Source: an uncultured Flavobacteriales bacterium (lineage in GTDB: Bacteria > Bacteroidota > Bacteroidia > Flavobacteriales_D > SKUL01). From it: a stretch of 32,514 nucleotides of DNA. Within the stretch, counting starts at the first letter, position 1; every line of letters starts with the position of its first letter. The stretch is taken from assembly GCA_937911795.1 (NCBI GenBank), contig CALDPJ010000412.1:1-32514 (forward strand), read 5' to 3'. The notes below the pieces were generated by a model, which worked only from the letters and a program-made list of their open reading frames with translations, did no database searches and was not told where the DNA came from. Positions 8,763-16,416 of the stretch are shown piece by piece. Made by a program: the position numbers and the translations under genes.

Positions 8763-9729
8763 GAAAAAAGAGATTTATTTCCGAGCCAGGCTCAAGTGCA
8801 TCGGCCAATGACAAAGTAAATTCAAATTCGCCGGATTGCATCAGATATTCGTAGTGCTGACCGGCAAATCGTTTTTCGATGACACGTGCGGTAAGTTTGG
8901 GCCGGTTTCCGCGCACCCGGATGTCTTCAGGTCGAATAAGTAATGCTTCCGCGCCCCTGAATTTTTCCGGAAACCGGGATTTGAGAATGTCTGTAAGTTC
9001 AACCACTTCACCGGTGAGCCGCGCGATATATTCATTCCGGGGATGGTGATAAATTTCATCGAACGTTCCCGACTGCATGATCTCGCCGGATTTCATTACC
9101 GCAATTTCATGGCACAGTGATATGGCATCGTTGATGTCATGCGTTACCAGAACAGCGGAGGTTTGGGTGGCTTTCAACAAGTGACTTACCTGTTCGCGCA
9201 CCTGTTGACGTAGCGTTACGTCCAGATTGCTGAAAGGCTCGTCCAGCAGCAAAAGATTGGGAGAAACAGCCATGCATCTTGCCAAAGCGAGTCGTTGTTG
9301 TTGACCACCAGAAAGTTCACCGGGTTTTCTCTTTTCCAGACCTTCGAGGTTTGCGAGTGCAAGCATTTTGGCGGCAATGGATTTCCTTATTTCCTTGTTT
9401 TTTTCGGTTACGCCAAACAAAATGTTCTCCATCACGGTGAGATGCGGGAAGAGCGCAAAGTCCTGAAAAATCATCCCGATGTTTCGTTTTCCGGGTATTA
9501 CAAAAGTGTTTTCAGAAACTACCGTCGTCCCATTCACCTTAACGCATCCTGCTTCGGGAATTTCGAAACCGGCGATAATGCGCAGCAGCGTTGTTTTACC
9601 GCAACCGCTTTCGCCGAGCAGACCCAGAATTTGTCCCTGGCGGAGTTGCAGCGAAGCATTCTTAACGGCCGGTGAAGTTCCGCCGCTGAACGTTTTACTA
9701 ACTGATTCTATTTCAAGAGCCGGGATCAA
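8710..9729 (-). CDS. fbpC: Fe(3+)/polyamine-type ABC importer ATP-binding protein
   Basis: Walker A GESGCGKTT, signature LSGGQQQRLALAR, Walker B LLLLDEPFSNLD, H-loop VTHD, and a C-terminal TOBE-like regulatory domain. The TTG start overlaps the permease stop (TTGA). Confidence 0.85.
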   Translation of the reverse strand: MIPALEIESVSKTFSGGTSPAVKNASLQLRQGQILGLLGESGCGKTTLLRIIAGFEIPEAGCVKVNGTTVVSENTFVIPGKRNIGMIFQDFALFPHLTVMENILFGVTEKNKEIRKSIAAKMLALANLEGLEKRKPGELSGGQQQRLALARCMAVSPNLLLLDEPFSNLDVTLRQQVREQVSHLLKATQTSAVLVTHDINDAISLCHEIAVMKSGEIMQSGTFDEIYHHPRNEYIARLTGEVVELTDILKSRFPEKFRGAEALLIRPEDIRVRGNRPKLTARVIEKRFAGQHYEYLMQSGEFEFTLSLADALEPGSEINLFFHDDELFQFPDPEKTAAH

Positions 9730-11396
9730 ATTCGCTTAATGAGTTTATGGATGAGCAAGATGGGCACAATTCCCGAAAGTACAATGAGGACCGAAGCCGG
9801 AGCAGATTCGCGCAACATTTCATCGTTGGCGTATTCGAATGCAGTGGTGGCCAATGTGTTGAAGTTGAAGGGGCGGAGTATCAATGTTAACGGAAGTTCT
9901 TTCATAACATCTACAAATACCAACAGCAGCGCAGTGAGAATGGCCGGCCGCATCACCGGAATATTTACGCGGAAAAGCGTATAAAAATGACTCTTGCCAA
10001 GTGATCGGGAAGCTTCATCAACATTGGCACATTGTTGCTCAAAATTTCCTTCGAGCGGATTGACAGATACCGCCATAAAACGAATCAGGTAGGCGTACAT
10101 CAGTCCGAATATCGATCCGGTGATGAGCAACTGGGTGAGCTCACCGCCAAAAAATCCGGCCGTATTTTCCACCAATCTTTCTGCGCTTGCAGCCACCACC
10201 ATAACTCCAACGGCAATTACGGCTCCCGGCAGAGCATATCCCAGCGTTACTACCCGTTTTACAATTTTGCCGGCAATGGTATTGTTGATGCGGCTGCTGT
10301 AAATGAACAGAATAGAAAGAATGACGATCAGAAAGCCTGCTACCGCTGCCAGACCGATAGAGTTATAAATGGTAGTATAAAAGCGATCGTCAAAAATTTT
10401 GGTCCAGGTGGCTATTGCATCTGCAGCGATTTTTGAAAATGGCAAGGCAAATCCGAGGATGAAGGGTACCAGGCAAGCCAATGTGAACCACCATTTTCGT
10501 GGTCCGGTTATTTTTTGAGCAGCCGATCTCTTTAAACCGGTACTGCTGGCAAAGCGTGATTTTTGAAATCGTTTTTCGATGATGAACAAGATACCGACTA
10601 CAACCATCAAAACAGCCGACAGTTTTATTGCAGCTTCGAGATCTCCCATCGAAAACCAGGCTTTAAATATCCCGGTGGTGAAAGTGGTGATTCCAAAATA
10701 TTTTACAGCACCGTAATCATTCAATACCTCCATCAGCACGAGAAACAAACCACCCGCAATTGCCGGACGCGCCAGAGGTATTGCTATACGGAAGAAAATG
10801 CGCGCCGGGCTGTTTGAAAGTGAAGCCGCTGCTTCGAAAATCGATGAAGACTGCAGCTGAAATGCGGCTTTTGCGGGCAGATAGATATAGGGAAATAACA
10901 CCAGCGCCAATGTGACTCCAAGTGTTCCGATGTTCATGGTGTCGAAATACATGGATTGTGCAAAACCCACTCCGCCAATTTCGCGGAGAATGGTATAGAT
11001 AGGTCCAGTGAAAGAGAGGAGACCGGCATAACTGTAGGCAACGATATAGGATGGAAGTGCGAGGGGTAGAATCAATGCCCATTCAAGCCACCGCTTACCC
11101 GGAAATTCATAGCGACTAACGAACCATGCGGTGCTCAATCCGAAAATCAATGCCAGGATTCCGGTAATAAAGCAGAGGATAACTGAATTGGCCGTATAGC
11201 GGAAAAGCAGATTTTCTACAATGTGGTGCCAGGCCGAAGAACCCGGAATAAACATACGCACCAGTACAAGTGCCAGTGGTACAGATAAAAGCAATCCCAG
11301 CACCACGGATAGGCTAAGCCATCCGGGAGCAACCGCAATTCGTCTGCGGGTCAGAAAATTTAAAGACAGTCGCTTACTTCCAGCCGACACGGTCAA
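9726..11396 (-). CDS. fbpB: Iron ABC transporter permease, duplicated (two-module) FbpB type
   Basis: A 556-aa protein with two permease modules, each carrying an EAA-like loop (EAAASLSNSPARIFFRIAIPLARPAI and DEASRSLGKSHFYTLFRVNIPVMRPAI). The start is TTG 11396 or GTG 11390 and overlaps the end of fbpA. Confidence 0.85.
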   Translation of the reverse strand: MTVSAGSKRLSLNFLTRRRIAVAPGWLSLSVVLGLLLSVPLALVLVRMFIPGSSAWHHIVENLLFRYTANSVILCFITGILALIFGLSTAWFVSRYEFPGKRWLEWALILPLALPSYIVAYSYAGLLSFTGPIYTILREIGGVGFAQSMYFDTMNIGTLGVTLALVLFPYIYLPAKAAFQLQSSSIFEAAASLSNSPARIFFRIAIPLARPAIAGGLFLVLMEVLNDYGAVKYFGITTFTTGIFKAWFSMGDLEAAIKLSAVLMVVVGILFIIEKRFQKSRFASSTGLKRSAAQKITGPRKWWFTLACLVPFILGFALPFSKIAADAIATWTKIFDDRFYTTIYNSIGLAAVAGFLIVILSILFIYSSRINNTIAGKIVKRVVTLGYALPGAVIAVGVMVVAASAERLVENTAGFFGGELTQLLITGSIFGLMYAYLIRFMAVSVNPLEGNFEQQCANVDEASRSLGKSHFYTLFRVNIPVMRPAILTALLLVFVDVMKELPLTLILRPFNFNTLATTAFEYANDEMLRESAPASVLIVLSGIVPILLIHKLIKRI

Positions 11397-12414
11397 ATAT
11401 TTCTACCGCTGTGGTATTCAGTTCGCCGAGGTGACGGAGATTCAGCGTGTCGCGCTTAAAATCTCCCCAGGATTGCAATAGTTCTGAGCTCTGCACTTCC
11501 GGATTTACGGGATATTCAGAATTGGCTTCGGCAAACAAACGCTGGCTTTCCGGCTTCGATAAAAACTCGAGCAACCGTATGGCGTTTTCTTTATTGGGAG
11601 CATGTTTGGTAACTCCGGCTCCGCTGATGTTGATGTGGCTTCCGCGATCGTTCTGGTTCGGAAAGAAAACTCCCACTTTATCGGCTGCAGCGCGCTGACC
11701 GGCATCATCCGATTCAAAAAGTTTTCCGATATAATAGCTGTTTACAATGGCTACATCGCCCTGACCGGCCGCAATTGCTACAATCTGATCGCGATCGCTT
11801 CCTTTGGGCTTACGAGCGAAATTTTCTACCACGCCAGCGGCCCATTCTTCAGCCGCGTTTTCACCGTTGTGCGCTATGATTGAAGCCAACAATGACTGGT
11901 TGTAAATATTTGCCGACGAGCGAACCAGAATCCGGCCCTTCCATTGAGGATCGGTGAGTGATTCGTAGCTTTCGAGTTGTGTAGAATCAACGCGGTCTTT
12001 AGAATAAACCAGTATGCGCGCCCGAACTGTTTGTCCAAACCAATATCCTTCCGGATCGCGCAGATAAGCAGGGATGTTATCTATAAGAACATCGGACTCG
12101 ATTGGTTGAAGCAGATCTTTTTCTTTTGCAGTCACCAGTCGACCGGCATCTACGGTGACCAAAAGATCAGCAGGAGATTTTTCGCCTTCATTTTCGAGCC
12201 TCACCATGAGCTCGTCTGCACTTGCTTTAACCATGTTTACACGGATTCCGGTTTCTTCTTCAAACCGGTTGAAAAGTTCCTGATCTACTTCATAATGACG
12301 GTGTGAGTAAACGTTTACTTCCTGTGCTTTTTCTTCAGAATCGGTGGTCCCGGAATCATTGTTTGTACAGGCATTGAACAATATCAAAGAAATTATAAAA
12401 AACAGTACTCTCAT
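11374..12414 (-). CDS. fbpA: Fe(3+) ABC transporter substrate-binding lipoprotein
   Basis: The signal/lipobox is MRVLFFIISLILFNAC, followed by VNVYSHRHYEVDQELF... and a type-II periplasmic binding fold length (346 aa), typical of FbpA/AfuA. It is the first gene of the operon. Confidence 0.85.
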   Translation of the reverse strand: MRVLFFIISLILFNACTNNDSGTTDSEEKAQEVNVYSHRHYEVDQELFNRFEEETGIRVNMVKASADELMVRLENEGEKSPADLLVTVDAGRLVTAKEKDLLQPIESDVLIDNIPAYLRDPEGYWFGQTVRARILVYSKDRVDSTQLESYESLTDPQWKGRILVRSSANIYNQSLLASIIAHNGENAAEEWAAGVVENFARKPKGSDRDQIVAIAAGQGDVAIVNSYYIGKLFESDDAGQRAAADKVGVFFPNQNDRGSHINISGAGVTKHAPNKENAIRLLEFLSKPESQRLFAEANSEYPVNPEVQSSELLQSWGDFKRDTLNLRHLGELNTTAVEIFDRVGWK

Positions 12415-12432
12415 TTTTTTGAATTTTTTTTA

Positions 12433-12440
12433 CAAAGATA
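12433..12440 (-). promoter_or_regulatory. Candidate -7 box (TATCTTTG) for the fbpABC operon
   Basis: A perfect TAnnTTTG on the minus strand, followed by the leader A8-TTC-A7-ATG. This is an extremely A-rich, SD-less leader. Confidence 0.45.
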
Positions 12441-12567
12441 CCCAACCAGCTCAGCCCGAAAATACCGTGAATGTGGTATTGTGGCCAATTGGATAGATAT
12501 TCCTAACAGTCTGATGTAAAGTAATTCGACATATTTTCGAGTGTCTGGGACAGCGTCCAAATTTTCC

Positions 12568-12575
12568 TATATTTG
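12568..12575 (+). promoter_or_regulatory. Candidate -7 box (TATATTTG) for the histidine kinase operon
   Basis: A perfect TAnnTTTG 84 nt upstream of ATG 12659. Confidence 0.4.
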
Positions 12576-12658
12576 AGCCGCCCGGAAATAATCATCGACA
12601 ATAATTTCCCAGCGCTTTATTAATGTTGATTGCTGAATAAGCGTAGTTTAAATCATTC

Positions 12659-14509
12659 ATGTCCGCTCAAAAAACCTCTCTTTTCCGTAGATTATTCGAT
12701 TATATTCCGGAAGCAGTTTTTGTGTGCAATGAGAATGGAAATGTTCTTTTTATAAATCAACTGGCGGCTAAGAGGATTGGTATTACTTCAAAGGAGATTG
12801 ATGAGATCAGGTTTTCTGATTTTGATTCTGTCCTGAAGGATGGAGACGCCTGGAAAAAAATGCTGAGCGAACTCAAGGCGTTCGGTACAATGTCCTACCA
12901 GAGTAGTCACTTCAACAGGAAAACAGAAATCTCCTTTCCGGTTGAAGTAAATGTGAGACTTTTTGCGGGTGATGACGAAAACTGGCTGATTGTAAGTTGC
13001 CGGGACATTCATAAAAGGGTTGAAACAGAAAAGGCACTTGCACAGAGTAAGGCGGTAATTGAGCAATCCAGTAAACTCGCCCGGGTTGGAGGCTGGGATC
13101 TTGATTTGGTCAACCAAAAGCTGTACTGGACGGAAATGACGCGAGAAATTCATGAAGTTCCGGAAGACTATGAACCCGATTTTCAGACCGCTATTAATTT
13201 TTACAAAGAAGGAGCGAGTCGCAATTTTATGATTGCTGATATGACTGCTGCCATTCAACATGGTGCTCCTTTAGGAATTGCGGAAGTTGAGCTGGTCACG
13301 GCAAAAGGCAGGACCATTTGGGTGCGTTGTGTGGGGGAAGTAGTACGACAAAATGGGCAGTGTGTCCGTGTGTATGGATCTATTCAGGATATTGATGAGC
13401 AGAAACGCATGGAGCTGAAGCTCGAGGAAAGTCTGCATATGTTGGAAAGACTCACGAGAAACGTACCGGGCGCTGTGTATCAACTCGAAATGGACCCCGA
13501 CGAAACCATGCACTGTCCTTTTATAAGCGCCGGAGTTCGTAAACTTTTTCCTGAACTGGATATTCCTCAGACCACTACACTGGATAATTTGCTTGAGAAA
13601 ATGGTGCATCCGGATGACCGCGCGGAAGTGAAGGAAGCTATTTTACAATCGGCAGCGAACCTGGAACCATTTGATTTTGACCATCGGCAGAACCTGGAAC
13701 AACCCAACCGGCACATTCAGACCTCAGCCCGACCAGAGGCAAAAGAAAACGGAACGGTGGTATGGCACGGATATATGTGGGACATCAGTGAAAGAAGAAA
13801 ACGGCGCGAAGAATTAAAGCATTTTGCCGAAGTCACTTCAGAACAGAATAAGCGGTTGTTGAATTTCACTTATATCGTTTCTCACAACATTCGTTCGCAC
13901 GTGGCAAATTTGCTTGGAATACTGAACATCCTGCAGGGTGATGATCAGGAAGCAAAGGAAACCTTTGTTCCGCTGATGCAGGATTCTGTTAATAATCTGG
14001 ATGAATCGCTGCGGAATCTTAATGATATTGTAAATATTCAAACCCAAATAAATCTAACGAGCAAGCCCATCGAGTTACGCAGTATGGTAGAGAAAACCAT
14101 TTTGAATTTGAAACTTACCATTTCCGGTGCGGAAGCTACTGTGCATAATAATGTACCGAAAGATTTTGTTATTAATACGAATGCGGCATACCTGGATAGT
14201 ATTTTGCTCAACCTGATTTCAAATGCCATAAAATACCGCTCACCAGATCGTAATGCCGAAGTTCATATTGATGTTGAGTCCAATGGACACGAAACAATAT
14301 TATCGGTTCACGACAATGGATTAGGAATTGATCTTGAAAAACACCGAAATTTGATTTTTGGCATGTACAAAACTTTCCATAAGAATAAAGACGCAAAAGG
14401 CCTGGGACTTTTTATCACAAAAACACAGGTAGAATCGTTGGGTGGCAAAATCGATTTAGAAAGCGAAGTAAATAAAGGAACCACGGTTCGGGTTTATTTT
14501 TATGAATGA
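12659..14509 (+). CDS. Cytoplasmic multi-PAS sensor histidine kinase
   Basis: There is no TM segment. Several PAS/PAC-like modules are present (for example ...GTVVWHGYMWDISERRKRREEL). The catalytic motifs are H-box FTYIVSHNIRSHVANL, N-box LLNLISNAIKY, G1 DNGLGID and G2 GLGLFI. Confidence 0.9.
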   Translation: MSAQKTSLFRRLFDYIPEAVFVCNENGNVLFINQLAAKRIGITSKEIDEIRFSDFDSVLKDGDAWKKMLSELKAFGTMSYQSSHFNRKTEISFPVEVNVRLFAGDDENWLIVSCRDIHKRVETEKALAQSKAVIEQSSKLARVGGWDLDLVNQKLYWTEMTREIHEVPEDYEPDFQTAINFYKEGASRNFMIADMTAAIQHGAPLGIAEVELVTAKGRTIWVRCVGEVVRQNGQCVRVYGSIQDIDEQKRMELKLEESLHMLERLTRNVPGAVYQLEMDPDETMHCPFISAGVRKLFPELDIPQTTTLDNLLEKMVHPDDRAEVKEAILQSAANLEPFDFDHRQNLEQPNRHIQTSARPEAKENGTVVWHGYMWDISERRKRREELKHFAEVTSEQNKRLLNFTYIVSHNIRSHVANLLGILNILQGDDQEAKETFVPLMQDSVNNLDESLRNLNDIVNIQTQINLTSKPIELRSMVEKTILNLKLTISGAEATVHNNVPKDFVINTNAAYLDSILLNLISNAIKYRSPDRNAEVHIDVESNGHETILSVHDNGLGIDLEKHRNLIFGMYKTFHKNKDAKGLGLFITKTQVESLGGKIDLESEVNKGTTVRVYFYE

Positions 14510-14909
14510 TCAAAAAAAAATATGGCTGGTTGATGATGATTTGATAGCAGTAACCATAATGCGTCATGTAATTAAAAAACACCCTTATTTTCAGCTGATC
14601 CGGGAATTCGACGGTGCCGAATTCGTGATTGAAACATTGAAAGAAGGAAGGCAGGAACTTCCGGATCTTATTGTGCTGGATCTGAATATGCCCATGATGA
14701 ATGGTTGGGATTTGCTGGAATTTCTTCAGAAGGAATATACCAGCGAAAATATTCCGGTTGCTATTTTTACTTCTTCTATCGATTCGAGAGATGCATCAAA
14801 ATCTTCGCATTATCCCAATGTTATTGGTCATTTTATAAAACCCATAACCCGCCCTCTTCTCGACAAAATTAGAGATTGTCTAATGGCACATTATTCAAAG
14901 AGTCAGTAG
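14502..14909 (+). CDS. Stand-alone response regulator receiver protein (CheY-like, no output domain)
   Basis: Acidic pocket LVDDD, phospho-acceptor context LIVLDLNMPMMNG, then ...IFTSS... and ...FIKP. The gene overlaps the kinase stop by 8 nt (ATGAATGA). Confidence 0.9.
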   Translation: MNDQKKIWLVDDDLIAVTIMRHVIKKHPYFQLIREFDGAEFVIETLKEGRQELPDLIVLDLNMPMMNGWDLLEFLQKEYTSENIPVAIFTSSIDSRDASKSSHYPNVIGHFIKPITRPLLDKIRDCLMAHYSKSQ

Positions 14910-15824
14910 TTATTTCACTTGTGCGGTAATCCATTCTTTTATGGCTGCCTCATCAGCCGGATCAAACCAGGTTGCTTCAATATATTTCCGGAACCACGTC
15001 ATCTGCCGTTTCGCAAATTTGCGGGTATTAACCTTGATGGCTTCTATTGCTTCTTCTATGGAATATTGACCATCAAAAGCCCTGAACAGTTCCTTATAGC
15101 CAACCGTTTGCAACGCGTTCAGATGCCTCAACGGATATAGATTGCGCGCTTCTTCCACCAGGCCATTTTTTACCATTTCGTCCACCCGTGTATTGATGCG
15201 TTCAATCAAATCTTCTCTTGGGATAGTCAATCCAACAGCTATGGTTCGGAAGGCTCTTGGTTTTTCCTGGTGCGTCAGGAAATCGGAATAGGGTCGACCA
15301 GAGGCCAGGCATACTTCCAGCGCGCGGATCATTCTTTGGTGGTTCTGCAGATCAATGCGCTGATAGGTAACCGGATCAAGTTTCAGCAATTTCTCCTGAA
15401 GACTTTGAATTCCATTTTTTGCTAATTCTTCAATCAGTTGCTGACGGATGTTGAGGTCAGAGGGATGTTCGTCGAGACCATGTGTTACGGCTTTCACGTA
15501 CAACCCTGATCCTCCGCAGAGTACTACTGAATCGTGTTCCTGAAATAAATGATCCAGACATTGAAGTGCATCTGCTTCAAAATCACCGGCGCTGTAATCT
15601 TCGGTTATGGAGCGACTGCCAATAAAATGATGGGGAACTGCCGCGAGTTCTTTTTCAGAAGGGGCAGCAGTTGCAATTTTGGTTTCGCGGTAAATTTGCC
15701 GGGAGTCGGCAGAGACGATTTCGGTATTGAAATATCGGGCGAGCTGAATGCTGACAGCTGTTTTGCCTACAGCGGTAGGGCCGACAACTACAATCAGAAA
15801 CCGATTATTTTCGTGGTGTTTCAG
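14910..15824 (-). CDS. miaA: tRNA dimethylallyltransferase (i6A37 synthase), apparently starting at a non-canonical CTG
   Basis: My manual minus-strand translation upstream of the track ORF (14910..15503) stays open. It reads ...LKHHENNRFLIVVVGPTAVGKTAVSIQLARYFNTEIVSADSRQIYRETKIATAAPS...VVLCGGSGLYVKAV..., so the P-loop and the SADSRQIYR and GGSGLY motifs are present. There is no ATG/GTG/TTG between the in-frame stop (15857..15855) and the P-loop. The CTG at 15824..15822 overlaps the upstream stop as CTGA. Confidence 0.85.
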   Translation of the reverse strand: MKHHENNRFLIVVVGPTAVGKTAVSIQLARYFNTEIVSADSRQIYRETKIATAAPSEKELAAVPHHFIGSRSITEDYSAGDFEADALQCLDHLFQEHDSVVLCGGSGLYVKAVTHGLDEHPSDLNIRQQLIEELAKNGIQSLQEKLLKLDPVTYQRIDLQNHQRMIRALEVCLASGRPYSDFLTHQEKPRAFRTIAVGLTIPREDLIERINTRVDEMVKNGLVEEARNLYPLRHLNALQTVGYKELFRAFDGQYSIEEAIEAIKVNTRKFAKRQMTWFRKYIEATWFDPADEAAIKEWITAQVK

Positions 15825-16363
15825 AAGTCCTCGCGCTCGCTGAGTTGATCCAGATCATCGTCATCCAATCCTTCATCCTCATCAAAATAATCGTCGTCGT
15901 CATCATCGCCGTGTGCACTTTCGGTTTCCATGTTGAAATCCATGTCTTTCGATCCTTCATCCGGAGCTTCACCTAAGGCGAGTGCAACACGCGGATACTG
16001 TTGTTCAGGATCGGATTCTGATACGCTCACCATCTCGACGAAAAATCCCCACATCCGCAGAAAGTCATAAATATAGATCAAACGTTGCCCCGGTTTGCGA
16101 ATCAATTCCCCGATTTTAACTTCGGCCATAGAGAATTCCTCTTCACCGTCGCCGTAGTTCATGTCCATCAACGGAATTTCCTTTCCGCGCTCCCATTCAT
16201 CATTGCTCATATAAAAGGAAGCCATCTCTTTTCCGCTGAAATCAAATGCAGCCTGAATGGCAGTATGGAGTTGTTCGAACGTGTGTTCAGATTTTACTTC
16301 GATGTCGCGAAAGACTTCTTGTGCTGTGTCCAGAAGAACTCTGAACGTGTAGATTTTAGACAT
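15821..16363 (-). CDS. MM3350-like / plasmid pRiA4b ORF-3-like domain protein with a poly-acidic C-terminal tail
   Basis: IYTFRVLLDTAQEVFRDIEVKSEHTFEQLHTAIQAAFDFSGKEMASFY...RLIYIYDFLRMWGFFVEMV matches the family pattern as I recall it (Y.F.V.L....V.R.I.V.....L..LH..I..AF.......F ... Y.YDF.D.W). The tail is HGDDDDDDYFDEDEGLDDDDLDQLSEREDF. Confidence 0.65.
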   Translation of the reverse strand: MSKIYTFRVLLDTAQEVFRDIEVKSEHTFEQLHTAIQAAFDFSGKEMASFYMSNDEWERGKEIPLMDMNYGDGEEEFSMAEVKIGELIRKPGQRLIYIYDFLRMWGFFVEMVSVSESDPEQQYPRVALALGEAPDEGSKDMDFNMETESAHGDDDDDDYFDEDEGLDDDDLDQLSEREDF

Positions 16364-16416
16364 TGTAACAGTAAGCGTTTTTCAAGGTAAAAATAACAAT
16401 TGGTATACAATCAACA

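Noticed and set aside
15800-15857. A programmed -1 frameshift fusing the acidic-tail protein to MiaA, as an explanation for the missing start codon.
   Set aside because: The junction (GAG GAC TTC TGA AAC) contains no X XXY YYZ slippery heptamer, and I see no downstream stimulatory structure. CTG initiation or reinitiation, or a point mutation or error, is the simpler explanation.
15840-15920. GAT/GAC-rich stretch (CGTCGTCGTCATCATC on the plus strand) encoding the poly-Asp tail, considered as a variable microsatellite.
   Set aside because: The repeat units are short and interrupted, with at most about 3 perfect trinucleotide copies. In-frame length changes would only modulate tail length. There is no evidence of instability from a single sequence.
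15821-16363. The pRiA4b-ORF3 / IS-passenger-type protein as a sign of a mobile element or plasmid-derived insertion.
   Set aside because: There is no transposase, integrase, terminal inverted repeat, target duplication or tRNA attachment site nearby. The gene is translationally interlocked with housekeeping tRNA genes.
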